This document shows, one piece after another, positions 42,056 to 52,273 of a stretch of DNA of 64,000 nt. Both the position numbers and the translations under genes were made by a program. This stretch comes from an uncultured Gemmatimonadaceae bacterium (GTDB lineage Bacteria; Gemmatimonadota; Gemmatimonadetes; Gemmatimonadales; Gemmatimonadaceae). The notes below the pieces were generated by a model, which searched no databases, had not been told where the DNA came from, and saw nothing but the letters and a program-made list of their open reading frames with translations. How positions within the stretch are numbered: the first letter of the stretch is position 1; every line of letters starts with the position of its first letter. The stretch covers positions 1,440,001-1,504,000 of the forward strand of contig OY970320.1 in assembly GCA_963716745.1 (NCBI GenBank), written 5' to 3'.

Positions 42056-42716
42056 AGCCCGCCCCCCGAACAGTGTGGATCAGCTTGTCGGCCGCCTCGA
42101 GGTCGAGCTTGCGCCGCAATCGGCAGACGAGCACATCCACGACGTTCGTTTGCGGATCGAAGTCGTAGCCCCACACCTGCTCCTGGATGGTGGTCTTCGA
42201 GACGACGCGTGTCGCGTTGCGCATGAGATATTCCAGCAGCGAGAACTCGCGCGGCGGGAGATCGATGCGCCGGTTGCGGCGGCGCACTTCGCGGCGCAGG
42301 AGGTCCATCGTGAGATCGCCCACCGCGAGCGACGTGGGCTCCATGGCCGCCGCGCCGCGCCGCACGAGCGCCTGGAGCCGCGCGAGCAATTCCGAGAAGG
42401 CGAACGGCTTCACGAGATAGTCATCGCCGCCTGCCTGAAGCCCGCGCACGCGTTCGTCCACTTTGCGCTTGGCGCTGAGCACGAGCACCGGCGTGTTCAC
42501 GCCCTGCGAGCGCATGGCGCGAATCACCGAAAGTCCGTCGAGCGCGGGCAGCATGATGTCGATCACGGCGACGTTGTACGCATCGGTCGCCGCGAGCCGG
42601 AGCCCTTCCTCGCCGTCGACGGCGGAGTCCACGGAGAATCCCGCCTCCTCGAGTCCCCTGCGCAGGAAGGCTGCGATCTTCGGATCGTCCTCAACGAGCA
42701 GCAGGCGCAGGGTCAT
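42036..42716 (-). CDS. OmpR/CusR-family response regulator
   Basis: LLVEDD, DIMLP, DDYLVKPF, NVVDVLVCRLRRK, TVRGAGY. Confidence 0.95.
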   Translation of the reverse strand: MTLRLLLVEDDPKIAAFLRRGLEEAGFSVDSAVDGEEGLRLAATDAYNVAVIDIMLPALDGLSVIRAMRSQGVNTPVLVLSAKRKVDERVRGLQAGGDDYLVKPFAFSELLARLQALVRRGAAAMEPTSLAVGDLTMDLLRREVRRRNRRIDLPPREFSLLEYLMRNATRVVSKTTIQEQVWGYDFDPQTNVVDVLVCRLRRKLDLEAADKLIHTVRGAGYVLRAP

Positions 42717-42764
42717 GAGTCCATAGGCGAGGGTCTCACACGATCATCAGATAATAACCGCGGA

Positions 42765-43754
42765 TCAGTGCGCGATGGAGAGTACGATCTTGCCCGCGCC
42801 GGCGTTGGATTCCATCCGCTCGTGCGCCGCGCGAACGTCATCGAGCGTGAACACGCGGTCGACCGAAGGAACGACCGCGCCGCTCTCGAGCAGCGGCACC
42901 ACGGCGCGCTCGAACTCGCGCGTGGCCTCGATCTTCTCTTCGAGCGACCGGCTGCGCAGCACGGTGCCGCGGATGCTCAGTCGCCCGCGGAGCACCGCGC
43001 CGAGGGGAAGGTCCGTGCGCGCGCCCGCGAGCGTGCCGAGCAGGACGAGCCGGCCGCGCGGCGCCATCGCGGCGATGCTCGCGCCGGTGTACGCTCCGCC
43101 GAGCAGGTCGAGCACGACGTTCGCGCCGCCGGCCGCGGCGAGCGCGGGGAGCGCGGACGCGATGCCGGCCGATGGATCCGCGACGATCGCGCCCTCCGTC
43201 ATGCCAACGGCGCGCGCGGCCACGAGCTTGCTCTCATTGCGCGCCGTGCCGTAGGCCACACCACCCAACGCGCGCACGAGCTGAACGGCGGCGAGTCCCA
43301 CGCCGCTCCCCACGGCGTGGATCAGCACGTGGTCGCCAGAGCGCATTTCCCCTTGGCGGAGCGCATCATGCGCGGTGATGAATGCCTCCGGCACAGCGGC
43401 GGCCGCGGTCCAGTCGAGCCGCGCGGGCACGCGCGCGACCGCATTCTCGTGCGTCACGAGATAGCCGGCGTACGCGCCACCGCCGACGATGCCGAACACG
43501 CGATCGCCCTCGCGCCAGCGGCTGGCACCGGTGCCGCGCGCCGCGATCTCGCCGGCGAACTCCATGCCCGGAATGTCCGCCGGCCAGCCCGGCGGCGCGG
43601 GATAGCGTCCCTCGCGCTGATGGATATCCGCGCGATTCAGCGCAGCGGCGTGTACGCGAACGAGCACTTCGCCCGCTCCCGGTTCGGGGCGCGGCACGTC
43701 GCGCCCGTGCAAGACTTCGGGCCCGCCGAAACCCACGATCACCACGGCGCGCAT
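42765..43754 (-). CDS. NAD(P)H:quinone oxidoreductase (MDR/PIG3 family)
   Basis: GGPEVL, LNRAD, PGMEFAG, HAVGSGVG, GKIVL. Confidence 0.92.
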   Translation of the reverse strand: MRAVVIVGFGGPEVLHGRDVPRPEPGAGEVLVRVHAAALNRADIHQREGRYPAPPGWPADIPGMEFAGEIAARGTGASRWREGDRVFGIVGGGAYAGYLVTHENAVARVPARLDWTAAAAVPEAFITAHDALRQGEMRSGDHVLIHAVGSGVGLAAVQLVRALGGVAYGTARNESKLVAARAVGMTEGAIVADPSAGIASALPALAAAGGANVVLDLLGGAYTGASIAAMAPRGRLVLLGTLAGARTDLPLGAVLRGRLSIRGTVLRSRSLEEKIEATREFERAVVPLLESGAVVPSVDRVFTLDDVRAAHERMESNAGAGKIVLSIAH

Positions 43755-43876
43755 GGTGTAGGATGGCATGCTTTGAATATGCCTCCGCGGCTGTTTCCCG
43801 GGGTGCCGGGGGGCGTCTTGTAAAGAGAAGCGCCGGGCATAAGCTTCGGGTCGTCTTCTCTCCACCACCAGAGTCC

Positions 43877-45535
43877 ATGTTCCGAGCGTTACGCCCCCTG
43901 TGCCGCGCCGTCGCCACGCTGTCGCTGCTCGCGGCGGCGTGCTCGTACCCGACGGACAACAGCGCGGGCGCGTGGGTGACGATCACCGCACCGCCGCTGA
44001 TCATTCGCGGCGCGGACACGGTGCTCACGGCGCACGTCTTCCTGCTCGAACACGGGAAGGACACCGTGGAGGTGAAGAACGTCGAGGTCACGTGGACCAC
44101 CGGCGACCCGACGCTCGCGTCGATCACCCCGCTCACGAGCCGCACGGCGCGCGTGACCGGCGTGAATCCGGGCTTCGTCACGATCACCGCGTCCGCACCC
44201 ACGCTGCAGAGCGCGAAGCCCTCGGCGTTGGTGCTCCGCGTGTCGAATCCGCTCGCGCTCGACGGCATCTCGCCCGACACGGTGAAGTACGGCGCGCAAC
44301 TCACCGTGACCGGCCCGGGCGCCGAGAACGTGGACGTGCTCTTCCTGGGCCCGCAGGCGCTGGCGCTGAACGGCTTCTCGCCCACCAGGAACGACACGCT
44401 CGGCACCGGGACGAGCAGCTTCTGGGTGCCCTTCCCCGCGCGAAGCTCCGACACCATCACCGCGATCGGCAACGGGATCGTCACCGGACTCCGTCACCCG
44501 ATCGTGGTGATCGACACGATGGACATCTTCGATCCGAACAGTTCGACGCCGGCCGTGATCGACATCGACCAGCGCCCGTTCCACAAGCCGGGCAGCTCCG
44601 GCACGTTCGCGGATGTCGTCGCGTTCATCAATCCGGCGCTCTTCGCCGAAGATCCGCGCACGGCCCCGTTCCGCGACGATTGGTTCCGCTTCACCACCAC
44701 GCACCCCGACTCCGCTTTCACGTTCGTGTACGTCGCGCCTGGCCTGTTCGGCCGGGAGGCGACGTTCCTGAGTTCCCCGGTGACCGCGTCCACGCTCGTC
44801 ACGCCCGACTGGAGCTACGGCAGCGGCCACTACAATTGCAAAGGCTACTCGTTCGCGCCGGGCGAGGAGATCAACAACGGATTCCAGGTCGCGTTCACGA
44901 GACTGCCGCCCGGCGGCGTGGATCTCGTCTCGCTCTTCATCGACCGTGGGGCGTATGAGGTCGCGGTGGTGGCGGTATACGCCGGCGCGAATGGCACGCA
45001 CCCCGACCGGTTCGGCGGCGCCAACACGTGCGATCTCGCGGATGAGAACTTCGCGAACCCGGCGCTCACGATCGATCTCAGCTCTACGTTCTCCGACACC
45101 CTCACGATCGACAACGCCTTCGGGCTGGACTGGCTGCGTTTCCACGTCGCGGGACCGGGAACACAGACCGTGCTCGTGAAGATGGCGTCGCGCAAATTCC
45201 CGGACATCACGGGCATTCCCTCGGTGAATCTCTATGTGTTGAACGTCCCGACGTCGAGCGTTCCGCTGTCGATCCTGCAGAGTGCGACGGGCGGCGGTTT
45301 GAATAAATCGCTCTCGGTCTCTCTCGCCGCGGGCGATTACTATCTCGTCGCGCACGACTCCGTTGGCGTTCCGGCGCGATACTCGCTATGCGTGACCGTG
45401 AATGTGTCGTGCGCGCTCACGCCGCTCCCGGATGTCGCGGCGGCCGCGCCCGACGTCGTGCGGAAAGCGCCGAGCCCGTATCTGCGATTCGACTCACTGC
45501 TCGCCGCCGCGCGTAAACGCCGCACGCGCCAATGA
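43877..45535 (+). CDS. Lipoprotein with Ig-like and PPC-like domains
   Basis: Lipobox LAAAC; VTWTTGDPTLASI...VTGVNPG.VTITA (Big_2-like); DDWFRF, LDWLRF and LAAGDYYLV (PPC-like). Confidence 0.72.
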   Translation: MFRALRPLCRAVATLSLLAAACSYPTDNSAGAWVTITAPPLIIRGADTVLTAHVFLLEHGKDTVEVKNVEVTWTTGDPTLASITPLTSRTARVTGVNPGFVTITASAPTLQSAKPSALVLRVSNPLALDGISPDTVKYGAQLTVTGPGAENVDVLFLGPQALALNGFSPTRNDTLGTGTSSFWVPFPARSSDTITAIGNGIVTGLRHPIVVIDTMDIFDPNSSTPAVIDIDQRPFHKPGSSGTFADVVAFINPALFAEDPRTAPFRDDWFRFTTTHPDSAFTFVYVAPGLFGREATFLSSPVTASTLVTPDWSYGSGHYNCKGYSFAPGEEINNGFQVAFTRLPPGGVDLVSLFIDRGAYEVAVVAVYAGANGTHPDRFGGANTCDLADENFANPALTIDLSSTFSDTLTIDNAFGLDWLRFHVAGPGTQTVLVKMASRKFPDITGIPSVNLYVLNVPTSSVPLSILQSATGGGLNKSLSVSLAAGDYYLVAHDSVGVPARYSLCVTVNVSCALTPLPDVAAAAPDVVRKAPSPYLRFDSLLAAARKRRTRQ

Positions 45536-46977
45536 GCCAGCTCCTGGAGCGCCTCACGCGCTCGCTCGCGGGCCGCTACACCGGCATCGAACTGCTCGGC
45601 GCCGGCGGCATGGCGTCCGTGTTCCGCGCGCACGACATCGCGCTCGACCGCACCGTCGCGATCAAGGTGCTGCCGCCGGACCTCGCGCCTGAGGACCGCT
45701 TGATCTCGCGCTTCGAGCAGGAGGCGAAGCTCGCGGCGAAGCTCGACCATCCGAACATCATCCCGATCTATCGCGTCGAGAGCGAGAACGGGCTCAACTA
45801 CTTCGTGATGAAGTACGTGTCGGGCAAGTCGCTCGACGCCATCTTGATCCCGGGACGGCCGCTGGACGTGGAGTTCACGATGCGCGTGCTCCTCGACGCC
45901 GCCGCGGCGCTCGGCCACGCGCATCAGCGCGGCGTGGTGCACCGCGATGTGAAGCCCGCGAACATCATGATCGACAGCGATGAGCGCGTGATCCTCACCG
46001 ATTTCGGCATCTCCAAAGCGATGGAGACCGCGAGCGGCATCACGAAGACCGGGATCATCGTGGGCACGCCGCATTACATGGCGCCCGAGCAGGCGATGGG
46101 CGGCGCCGTGGATGGACGCGCCGACCAATACGCGCTCGCGTGCGTGGGCTATCGAATGCTGACCGGCGAGCTGCCCTTCCCCGGCGACGTGGCGCACGCG
46201 GTGCTGCACCGCCACATCTACGAGCAGGCGAAGCCGCTGGCCGCGCGCCGCGCCGACGCGCCGCCGGCGATGGTCGCGGCGATCACGCGGGCGATGCTGA
46301 AGGAACCCGCCGCACGCTATGCCGACATGGATGAATTCGCGGCGGCGCTCGAGGGACGTGCGCGCTCGTCGCGCAGCGGAGCGCGCCCGCGCACGATCGC
46401 GCCGACCGTGGCCGTCGAGGCGGCGACCGGGCCGACCAGCTCCGGCACGGTGGAGTTCGAGCGGAGCCTGGCGCGCAGCCGCCGCTGGCGCATGGCGCGC
46501 TGGGCGGGCGCGCTCGTGCTCGTCGCGGCGGCGGGTGCGGCGATTGCGCGGCGACAGAACGCGCCGCCGCCGGTCGCGCCACCGTCAGCGGCCGCGCACG
46601 ATACCGTAGCGTCCGTGACGACCGCCGCGGCGGCGTCCGACAGCACGCGCGCCGGAACGGTCGCGCCGCCCGCCGCGCCGCCGGCCGCGCCACCGCGTGC
46701 CGTCCCGGTGGTCCGTCCCGCGTCGCCCAAGCCCGCGCCGCCAGCGCCCGAAGCGGCGTTCGCATCGCTCACGGTGGACGCGGATCCGTACGGCACGGTG
46801 TACGTGAACGGGCATCCACTCGGCCCAACGCCGGTGGAGAATTATCGTCTCACAGTCGGTGCGACCTACGAGATCAGCGTGGAGCGCGAGGGATACAAGA
46901 CCAAGAAAGAGACGATCCACGTGACGCGTCCCGACGAGGTGCATCGCAAATACGTGCTCGACCCGGTGCAGCCGTGA
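45532..46977 (+). CDS. Membrane Hanks-type Ser/Thr kinase with C-terminal PEGA-like domain
   Basis: LGAGGMASV, VAIK, HRDVKPAN, DFG, GTPHYMAPE; TM; Pro-rich linker; LTVDADPYGTVYVNG..LG.TP...ISVEREGY. Confidence 0.93.
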   Translation: MSQLLERLTRSLAGRYTGIELLGAGGMASVFRAHDIALDRTVAIKVLPPDLAPEDRLISRFEQEAKLAAKLDHPNIIPIYRVESENGLNYFVMKYVSGKSLDAILIPGRPLDVEFTMRVLLDAAAALGHAHQRGVVHRDVKPANIMIDSDERVILTDFGISKAMETASGITKTGIIVGTPHYMAPEQAMGGAVDGRADQYALACVGYRMLTGELPFPGDVAHAVLHRHIYEQAKPLAARRADAPPAMVAAITRAMLKEPAARYADMDEFAAALEGRARSSRSGARPRTIAPTVAVEAATGPTSSGTVEFERSLARSRRWRMARWAGALVLVAAAGAAIARRQNAPPPVAPPSAAAHDTVASVTTAAAASDSTRAGTVAPPAAPPAAPPRAVPVVRPASPKPAPPAPEAAFASLTVDADPYGTVYVNGHPLGPTPVENYRLTVGATYEISVEREGYKTKKETIHVTRPDEVHRKYVLDPVQP

Positions 46978-47996
46978 TGCGCGCCCGCGCGCTGATCTGC
47001 GCGCTCGCCGTTGCCGCGCCCGCGCTCGCGGCGCAAGAGAACGCGCTCGTACGCCAGGCGGTGGCCGCGTACGATGACCTGGACCGTGCCACCGCCATCA
47101 AACTGGTGAACCGCGCGCTCGCGGAGCGCCTCTCGAACGCCGACCGAGCGCGCGCGTACGAGGTGCTCGCGTTCTCGTATGCCGCGCTCGACTCCGTTCG
47201 CCAGGCGACGGCGGCGTTCAAGCAGATGCTCGTGATCGACGCCGATGCCGATCTCGACCCGGGGCGCATCTCCCCCAAGATCACGGGCGCGTTCGCGCTC
47301 GCGCTCGGCCAGGTGCTGGTCGTGCGCAAGGTGCAGATCGACAGCGCCGCGTTCATCGCCGGCACGGAGAACGTTCCCGTGGTGTTCACCGTCACGCATC
47401 CCGCGCGCGTGCGCGTGCGCATCGTCGGCGCGGGCGGCGATGTGCTCATCGATTCCGCCGTGAGCCCTGGGCCCACGCTCACCAAGTGGAACGGACTCAT
47501 GGCGGACGGGCGTGCCGCGGTATCGGGTGATTACCGGATGGTGATCGAAGCGAGCGCCGGCAGCGACCTGTACTCGCGCGCGATCCCCTTCCGCGTCGCC
47601 GCTGCGCCGGTGGACACGCTGCCCCACCTCACGTCGCTGCCGGGCTACGACCTGCTGCCCGAGATGACGGAGCCGCCGCGCAGCTGGCGCCCGCTCGGCA
47701 TCGCGGCGCTCGTCACCGCCGGCGTCGCCGGCGCGACGCTGGCGCTCAACAACTCGAAGCTCGGCAGCGCATCGCAAACGCCGCTGCTCATCGTGAGCGG
47801 CAGCGCGCTGCTCGTGGGCGGGCTCGCGGTGGCGAAGAAACCGGCGGCCGTGCCGAACACCGCCAACATCCGGTACAACAATTTGGTGAAGGAACAGTTG
47901 GCGAAGCAGAACGCCGAGATCGTGAAGGAGAACGCGCGACGGCGCACCGAAGTGCGGCTCGCGATCACGGTGCTCGCCGAGGCGGGCGGATCGTGA
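46977..47996 (+). CDS. Secreted protein: TPR-like helices, FlgD-type Ig-like domain, C-terminal hydrophobic hairpin
   Basis: Signal peptide ALA-AQ; helical repeat ending ISPKI; WNG..ADG..AVSGDYRMVIEA; two hydrophobic segments. Confidence 0.65.
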   Translation: MRARALICALAVAAPALAAQENALVRQAVAAYDDLDRATAIKLVNRALAERLSNADRARAYEVLAFSYAALDSVRQATAAFKQMLVIDADADLDPGRISPKITGAFALALGQVLVVRKVQIDSAAFIAGTENVPVVFTVTHPARVRVRIVGAGGDVLIDSAVSPGPTLTKWNGLMADGRAAVSGDYRMVIEASAGSDLYSRAIPFRVAAAPVDTLPHLTSLPGYDLLPEMTEPPRSWRPLGIAALVTAGVAGATLALNNSKLGSASQTPLLIVSGSALLVGGLAVAKKPAAVPNTANIRYNNLVKEQLAKQNAEIVKENARRRTEVRLAITVLAEAGGS

Positions 47997-48646
47997 GCGC
48001 CTCGTGCCGGCTCCGCGCCGCGATCGCGCTCGTTGTCGGCGGCGCGTTCACGGCGCATGCGCAGACGATCGTGGCCGGCGTCCAGGCCGCGGGCGGGGCA
48101 TACCAGGAACAAGGGCCGGCACTCGATTTCACCGGCTGGGGACCCGCACTCTCGCTCGATGGGAGTTGGAAGAACTACGAGGTCGATCTGAGCCTGCTGC
48201 GCATCTCCTTCTCGCCGTCGAGCGCGTCATCGGACGCCGATGGCTTCGACATGACGCAATTCGACGGGCGCGCGCGCTGGTCCATCAACGCGATGTGGAG
48301 CGTCGAAGCCGGTTATCTCCAACGCACCATCGCGCCCACGACGGCGGCACAGGGCATGAGCGTGATCCCGGTGGGCGGGCGGATCGCCTTCGATCTCGCG
48401 CCCGGCGCGAAGATCTCCGCGCACGTCGACTATCTGGCCGCGGCGAAGTTCTCCGGCGGCGGCACGGCGCCGTTCGCGCTCGAGCTGGGGCTGAACACCT
48501 ACTACGCGCCGGGCGCCGGCACGCTGCGCTTCACCGCGGACTTCGCGTTCGACCGGATCGACCGTCAGACGACATCGGGCGGCGTCACGTCGGCGGTGCC
48601 GATCCAGAGCTCGATCGTCACACTCGGCGTCGCGCTCGCGTTCTAA
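47993..48646 (+). CDS. Probable outer-membrane beta-barrel protein
   Basis: Signal peptide AHA-Q; alternating amphipathic strands; terminal LGVALAF. Confidence 0.7.
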   Translation: MSASCRLRAAIALVVGGAFTAHAQTIVAGVQAAGGAYQEQGPALDFTGWGPALSLDGSWKNYEVDLSLLRISFSPSSASSDADGFDMTQFDGRARWSINAMWSVEAGYLQRTIAPTTAAQGMSVIPVGGRIAFDLAPGAKISAHVDYLAAAKFSGGGTAPFALELGLNTYYAPGAGTLRFTADFAFDRIDRQTTSGGVTSAVPIQSSIVTLGVALAF

Positions 48647-49912
48647 AGCGCGGGGCGCGGCACCTCGTATCGGTCGCGCAGCGGCATTAGCGTCTTGCAT
48701 GCAGGCTGCAATCCCCAATTGCACGCGCGCAAATAGAAGCGCCGCGCGGCCGACGTATCTGCCTTCGCGAGGAACGCGTTGGCGATCGCGAGGCACTTCG
48801 CGTTCGTCGCGTTCGGCCGCGGACCCTGACAGTCGTCGCTGTACCACCGGTCGGCGTCCACGCTGCCCTGCACGCGTTCTATGAACGCGATCTTGTAGCA
48901 GCCCATGCCGTTGTACTCGCACGCCACCTTGAACGATCGCAGTGCGGAAGCCGTGTCGCGGCCATTGAGTTGAAGGTCGCCGAGCGTTTCGCAGGATGAG
49001 AGCTCACCCTGCCGGCAGGCCATATCGAGCGCCTGCGACGCCCCGGGAATGTCGCCGGTGGCGCGAAGCGACTTGCCCAACCCTTCGCAGCTTGCGCGCT
49101 CGCCGCTGCGAGCACGCAATGAGATACAGCTCCGCCGCCTGCGTAGGCGTCAGGCTGACGTTCGGATCGTGCGCGATGCGATAGCAGTACTGCCTCGGGC
49201 GCGCCGAGCAGGCGCGCGCGAACAGGGGCATGGCCGCCGTGGAGTCGTGCCGCTTCCACGCGGCGTACCCGAGCGCGGCGCAGGCCTCAGGTGCGCTGAG
49301 GCTGTCACCTTTCTCGCAGAGGTCGCGCGCCGGCCCCAGCGCCGCGCCGCGCTGCGGTACGATATTCGCGAACTCCCGGCATGCATACTGATCGCCGCGG
49401 CCGCAGGGTTCGCCGTAGTAGTCGGCGCGTCGGTACCACTGGGTGCCGAGCATTCCCGCGATGAGCACTCCCAACAGGATGACCGCGTCCCATCGCGGCG
49501 CGCTGAACGCCTCACGCGCGGGGGCGCTCAGCATGCCCGCGGCGAACAGGGCGAAGAAGATCCCGAACACGACCGGCACGACAACGAGCACCCACGCGAC
49601 CGTCGAGACCATTGCTTCGACGCCGTTCGACGAATGCATGCCGTGCGAGAACTCGAGCACCATCAGGTAGAGCAGCACGATGTTGAACAGGACCATCGCG
49701 GCGCTCACGACCACTGCTGCCCATCGCGCGACGCGCGATCGGAGCGCGAGCCCTGCGCTCGTGGCGGCGAGCAGCACGCCCACCGCGAGGAAGGGCGGCT
49801 GCCAATGCAGGAGCGCGCGCCCCGACAATAGGAAACAGACGGCGGCCGCGATCCCGAAGAAGACCGCCGGGATGGCGGGCGCGCGCACGAGCGCGGCGCG
49901 GCGGTCAGGCAT
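48643..49912 (-). CDS. Membrane-anchored Cys-rich Sel1-like repeat protein (apparent +1 frameshift near 49110)
   Basis: About 5 TM helices, then repeated AC..G....C..LG units across ORFs 49004..49912 and 48643..49119. Confidence 0.68.
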
Positions 49913-50849
49913 AGAAATACCGAGTGAGATGGAAGAACACCGGCGCCGAGAAGCAGAGCGAATCGATGCGGTCGAGCACGCCGCCGTGGCCCTCGATGAT
50001 CGCGCCGAAATCCTTCACGCCGCGATCGCGCTTGATCGCGCTCATGATGAGCCCGCCGGCGAATCCGAGGAGCGCGATCGCGAGCGCCATGAGGCCGGCG
50101 ACGAGCGGCGAGAACGGCGTCGCCCACCAGATCGCCGCACCGACGAGCGTGGCCGTCGCGACGCCGCCAATGAAGCCCTCCCAGGTCTTGTTCGGGCTCA
50201 CGTTGGGCGCGATCGGGTGTTTGCCGAAGGTCTTCCCGAACACGTACTGGAACACGTCGCTGATCTGTCCCACGATCACGAGGAAGAGGAGCAGCTTGGC
50301 GTCGCCGACGTAGCCTTGGATCGGCAGGAACAGGAGCGCCGGAGCGAAGCTCAGGCAATACACGCACGCCATGAGCCCCCACGTGATCACGCCGGTGCGC
50401 TCGAGGAAGAGCTTCGTGTCGCCCGATGCGGCGGCGATCACCGCGATGAAGATGAGCGCGTACACCGGCAGGAAGATCGAGTACAGCCCGTACCAGTCGA
50501 TCCAGATGAAATAGTACTGCAGCGGCGTGAACAGGAAGAAACTCCAGAAGATGATGTGCGCATCGCCGGGCTGCGTGGGCGCGATGGTCATGTACTCGCG
50601 CAGCGCGAGCAGCGAGAGCAGCGTGAAGAGCACGAGCGATCCCGCGCCGCCGGTCATCACGGCGATCCCGAACACCACGCACATGAGCCACCACGCGCGC
50701 ACGCGTGCGTTGAGGTTGTTCACGGTGGCGCGCCCGCGTTCGCTCTTCACCGTGCGCGACAGTGCGAAGCCCGCGATCGACGCCACGATCAGCAGTGCGA
50801 ACACGCCCTCCAGCAATTCCCGCAGCGCGACATCGTGCCAGGGCGTCAT
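49905..50849 (-). CDS. Phosphatidate cytidylyltransferase (YnbB/CdsA family)
   Basis: SDVFQYVFGK.FGKH...SPNKTWEG, SAIKRDRGVKDFG..IEGHGGVLDRIDS. Confidence 0.93.
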   Translation of the reverse strand: MTPWHDVALRELLEGVFALLIVASIAGFALSRTVKSERGRATVNNLNARVRAWWLMCVVFGIAVMTGGAGSLVLFTLLSLLALREYMTIAPTQPGDAHIIFWSFFLFTPLQYYFIWIDWYGLYSIFLPVYALIFIAVIAAASGDTKLFLERTGVITWGLMACVYCLSFAPALLFLPIQGYVGDAKLLLFLVIVGQISDVFQYVFGKTFGKHPIAPNVSPNKTWEGFIGGVATATLVGAAIWWATPFSPLVAGLMALAIALLGFAGGLIMSAIKRDRGVKDFGAIIEGHGGVLDRIDSLCFSAPVFFHLTRYFYA

Positions 50850-51481
50850 GCGTCCCTCAGCCGCACGACGGCGGCGCGCACGCGCTCCAGGAACGGCTCC
50901 TTCGCTTCGCCGGCGCCGAGCGTGATCGCCGGGCCGAAGGTCACGCGGCTCAGCAGCGGGGCCGGCAACACTTCGCCCTTGGGCAGGATGCGATTCAGGT
51001 TCGCGAGATACACAGGGATGATCTCCGCTTCGGGTCGGCGCAGAGCGAGATGGTACAGCCCCGCGCGGAACTCGGCCACTTCGCCGCCGGTGCCGCGCGT
51101 GCCCTCGGGAAATAGGATGAGCGAACTGCCATCCTCGAGCGCCGCGGCCATCTGGTCGATCGCCGTACGAGCCGCCGCGACACGCGACCCGTCGGTGCCG
51201 GAGCCGGCGGCGGGCGGACGGTCGATGAGCACGGCGCGGAACACATGCCGCGCGAGATAGCGGCGGATCGCGCCGCGCTCCCAGTAGTCGCGCCCCGCCA
51301 CCGGACGCGTGAGGCGGCGCAGCGTGGCCGGCAGCGACGACCAGAGCACGATGAAATCGAGATGGCTCGAGTGGTTCGCGACGTACACGCGCTGCCGCTC
51401 CGACGGCTCCACGCCCACCCACACCACCCGCGCGCTGCTCAGCAACTTCGTGAGCGCGACGAGGACCCACGTCGCGATCAC
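50846..51481 (-). CDS. Lysophospholipid acyltransferase (PlsC family)
   Basis: NHSSHLD, FPEGTR, LPKG. Confidence 0.92.
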   Translation of the reverse strand: MIATWVLVALTKLLSSARVVWVGVEPSERQRVYVANHSSHLDFIVLWSSLPATLRRLTRPVAGRDYWERGAIRRYLARHVFRAVLIDRPPAAGSGTDGSRVAAARTAIDQMAAALEDGSSLILFPEGTRGTGGEVAEFRAGLYHLALRRPEAEIIPVYLANLNRILPKGEVLPAPLLSRVTFGPAITLGAGEAKEPFLERVRAAVVRLRDA

Positions 51482-52167
51482 TGCGACAGGTCGCGCGCGA
51501 TGAACTGGGTGCGCCGCACCGCGGTCACCGCCGAACCGAGCACGATGACGATGAGCGCCGGCGCCATCACCCAACCCGGACGGAACGACTCCATCGACCA
51601 GTTCTTGGCCGTGAACGACGATGTCTGGAACGCGGCGAGGAGCGCGCCGAGGGTGATCACGAACATCCGGTGCTGCTTGGCCATGGGTCCGGTGAAGTAC
51701 TGCGTCGTGCCCAGCGCTCCGCCGAGCACGCGGATATACGCAGTGAGCATCGCGAGCAGCGCGGCGCACCAGCCGAGCGCCGATCCGCCGGGCACGAGCC
51801 ACTCCACCGAATAGCCGGCGCCCACGAGGATGAACGAATCGGAGAGCCGGTCGGGGATGTCGTTCCACATCTCACCGAGCTTGCCCTTCATCCCGTGCTC
51901 GATCGCGAGCAGTCCGTCCAGCATGTTGCAGAGGAGGCGCAGCTGCACGCAGAGCGCGCCGAGCAGCCAGAAGCGCGCGGGGTTCGCGGTGTCGGGCGTC
52001 ACGTTCATGAACGCGAGGCCCGCGAGCGCCGCGAACACGACGCCGGCGACCGAGACCTGGTTGGGCGTCGCGCCCGATCGCGCGAGCATGGCCGCGAGTT
52101 TCGCCGCCCATGCCTTCTGGCGGGTCTTGAGGAACCGCCTGGACGGTCCGGTCGTGGGCTCGGTCAT
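51478..52167 (-). CDS. CDP-alcohol phosphatidyltransferase (YnbA-like)
   Basis: TPNQVS, RLLCNMLDGLLA...G...ND.PDR.SD, GPMAKQHR. Confidence 0.9.
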   Translation of the reverse strand: MTEPTTGPSRRFLKTRQKAWAAKLAAMLARSGATPNQVSVAGVVFAALAGLAFMNVTPDTANPARFWLLGALCVQLRLLCNMLDGLLAIEHGMKGKLGEMWNDIPDRLSDSFILVGAGYSVEWLVPGGSALGWCAALLAMLTAYIRVLGGALGTTQYFTGPMAKQHRMFVITLGALLAAFQTSSFTAKNWSMESFRPGWVMAPALIVIVLGSAVTAVRRTQFIARDLSQ

Positions 52168-52216
52168 GCCCTTAGGACGACCCGCGAGCCCCCCGGTCAG
52201 CCGGGCCTCTAATGAA

Positions 52217-52248
52217 GAGCGCCCCGCCGGAGATCCGGCGGGGCGCTC
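52217..52248 (-). terminator. Perfect 14-bp hairpin, probable terminator
   Basis: GAGCGCCCCGCCGG-AGAT-CCGGCGGGGCGCTC, followed on the minus strand by TTCATT; downstream of a DUF4136 gene. Confidence 0.7.
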
Positions 52249-52273
52249 CATGGTCCGGCGTGGAACGCCGTCG

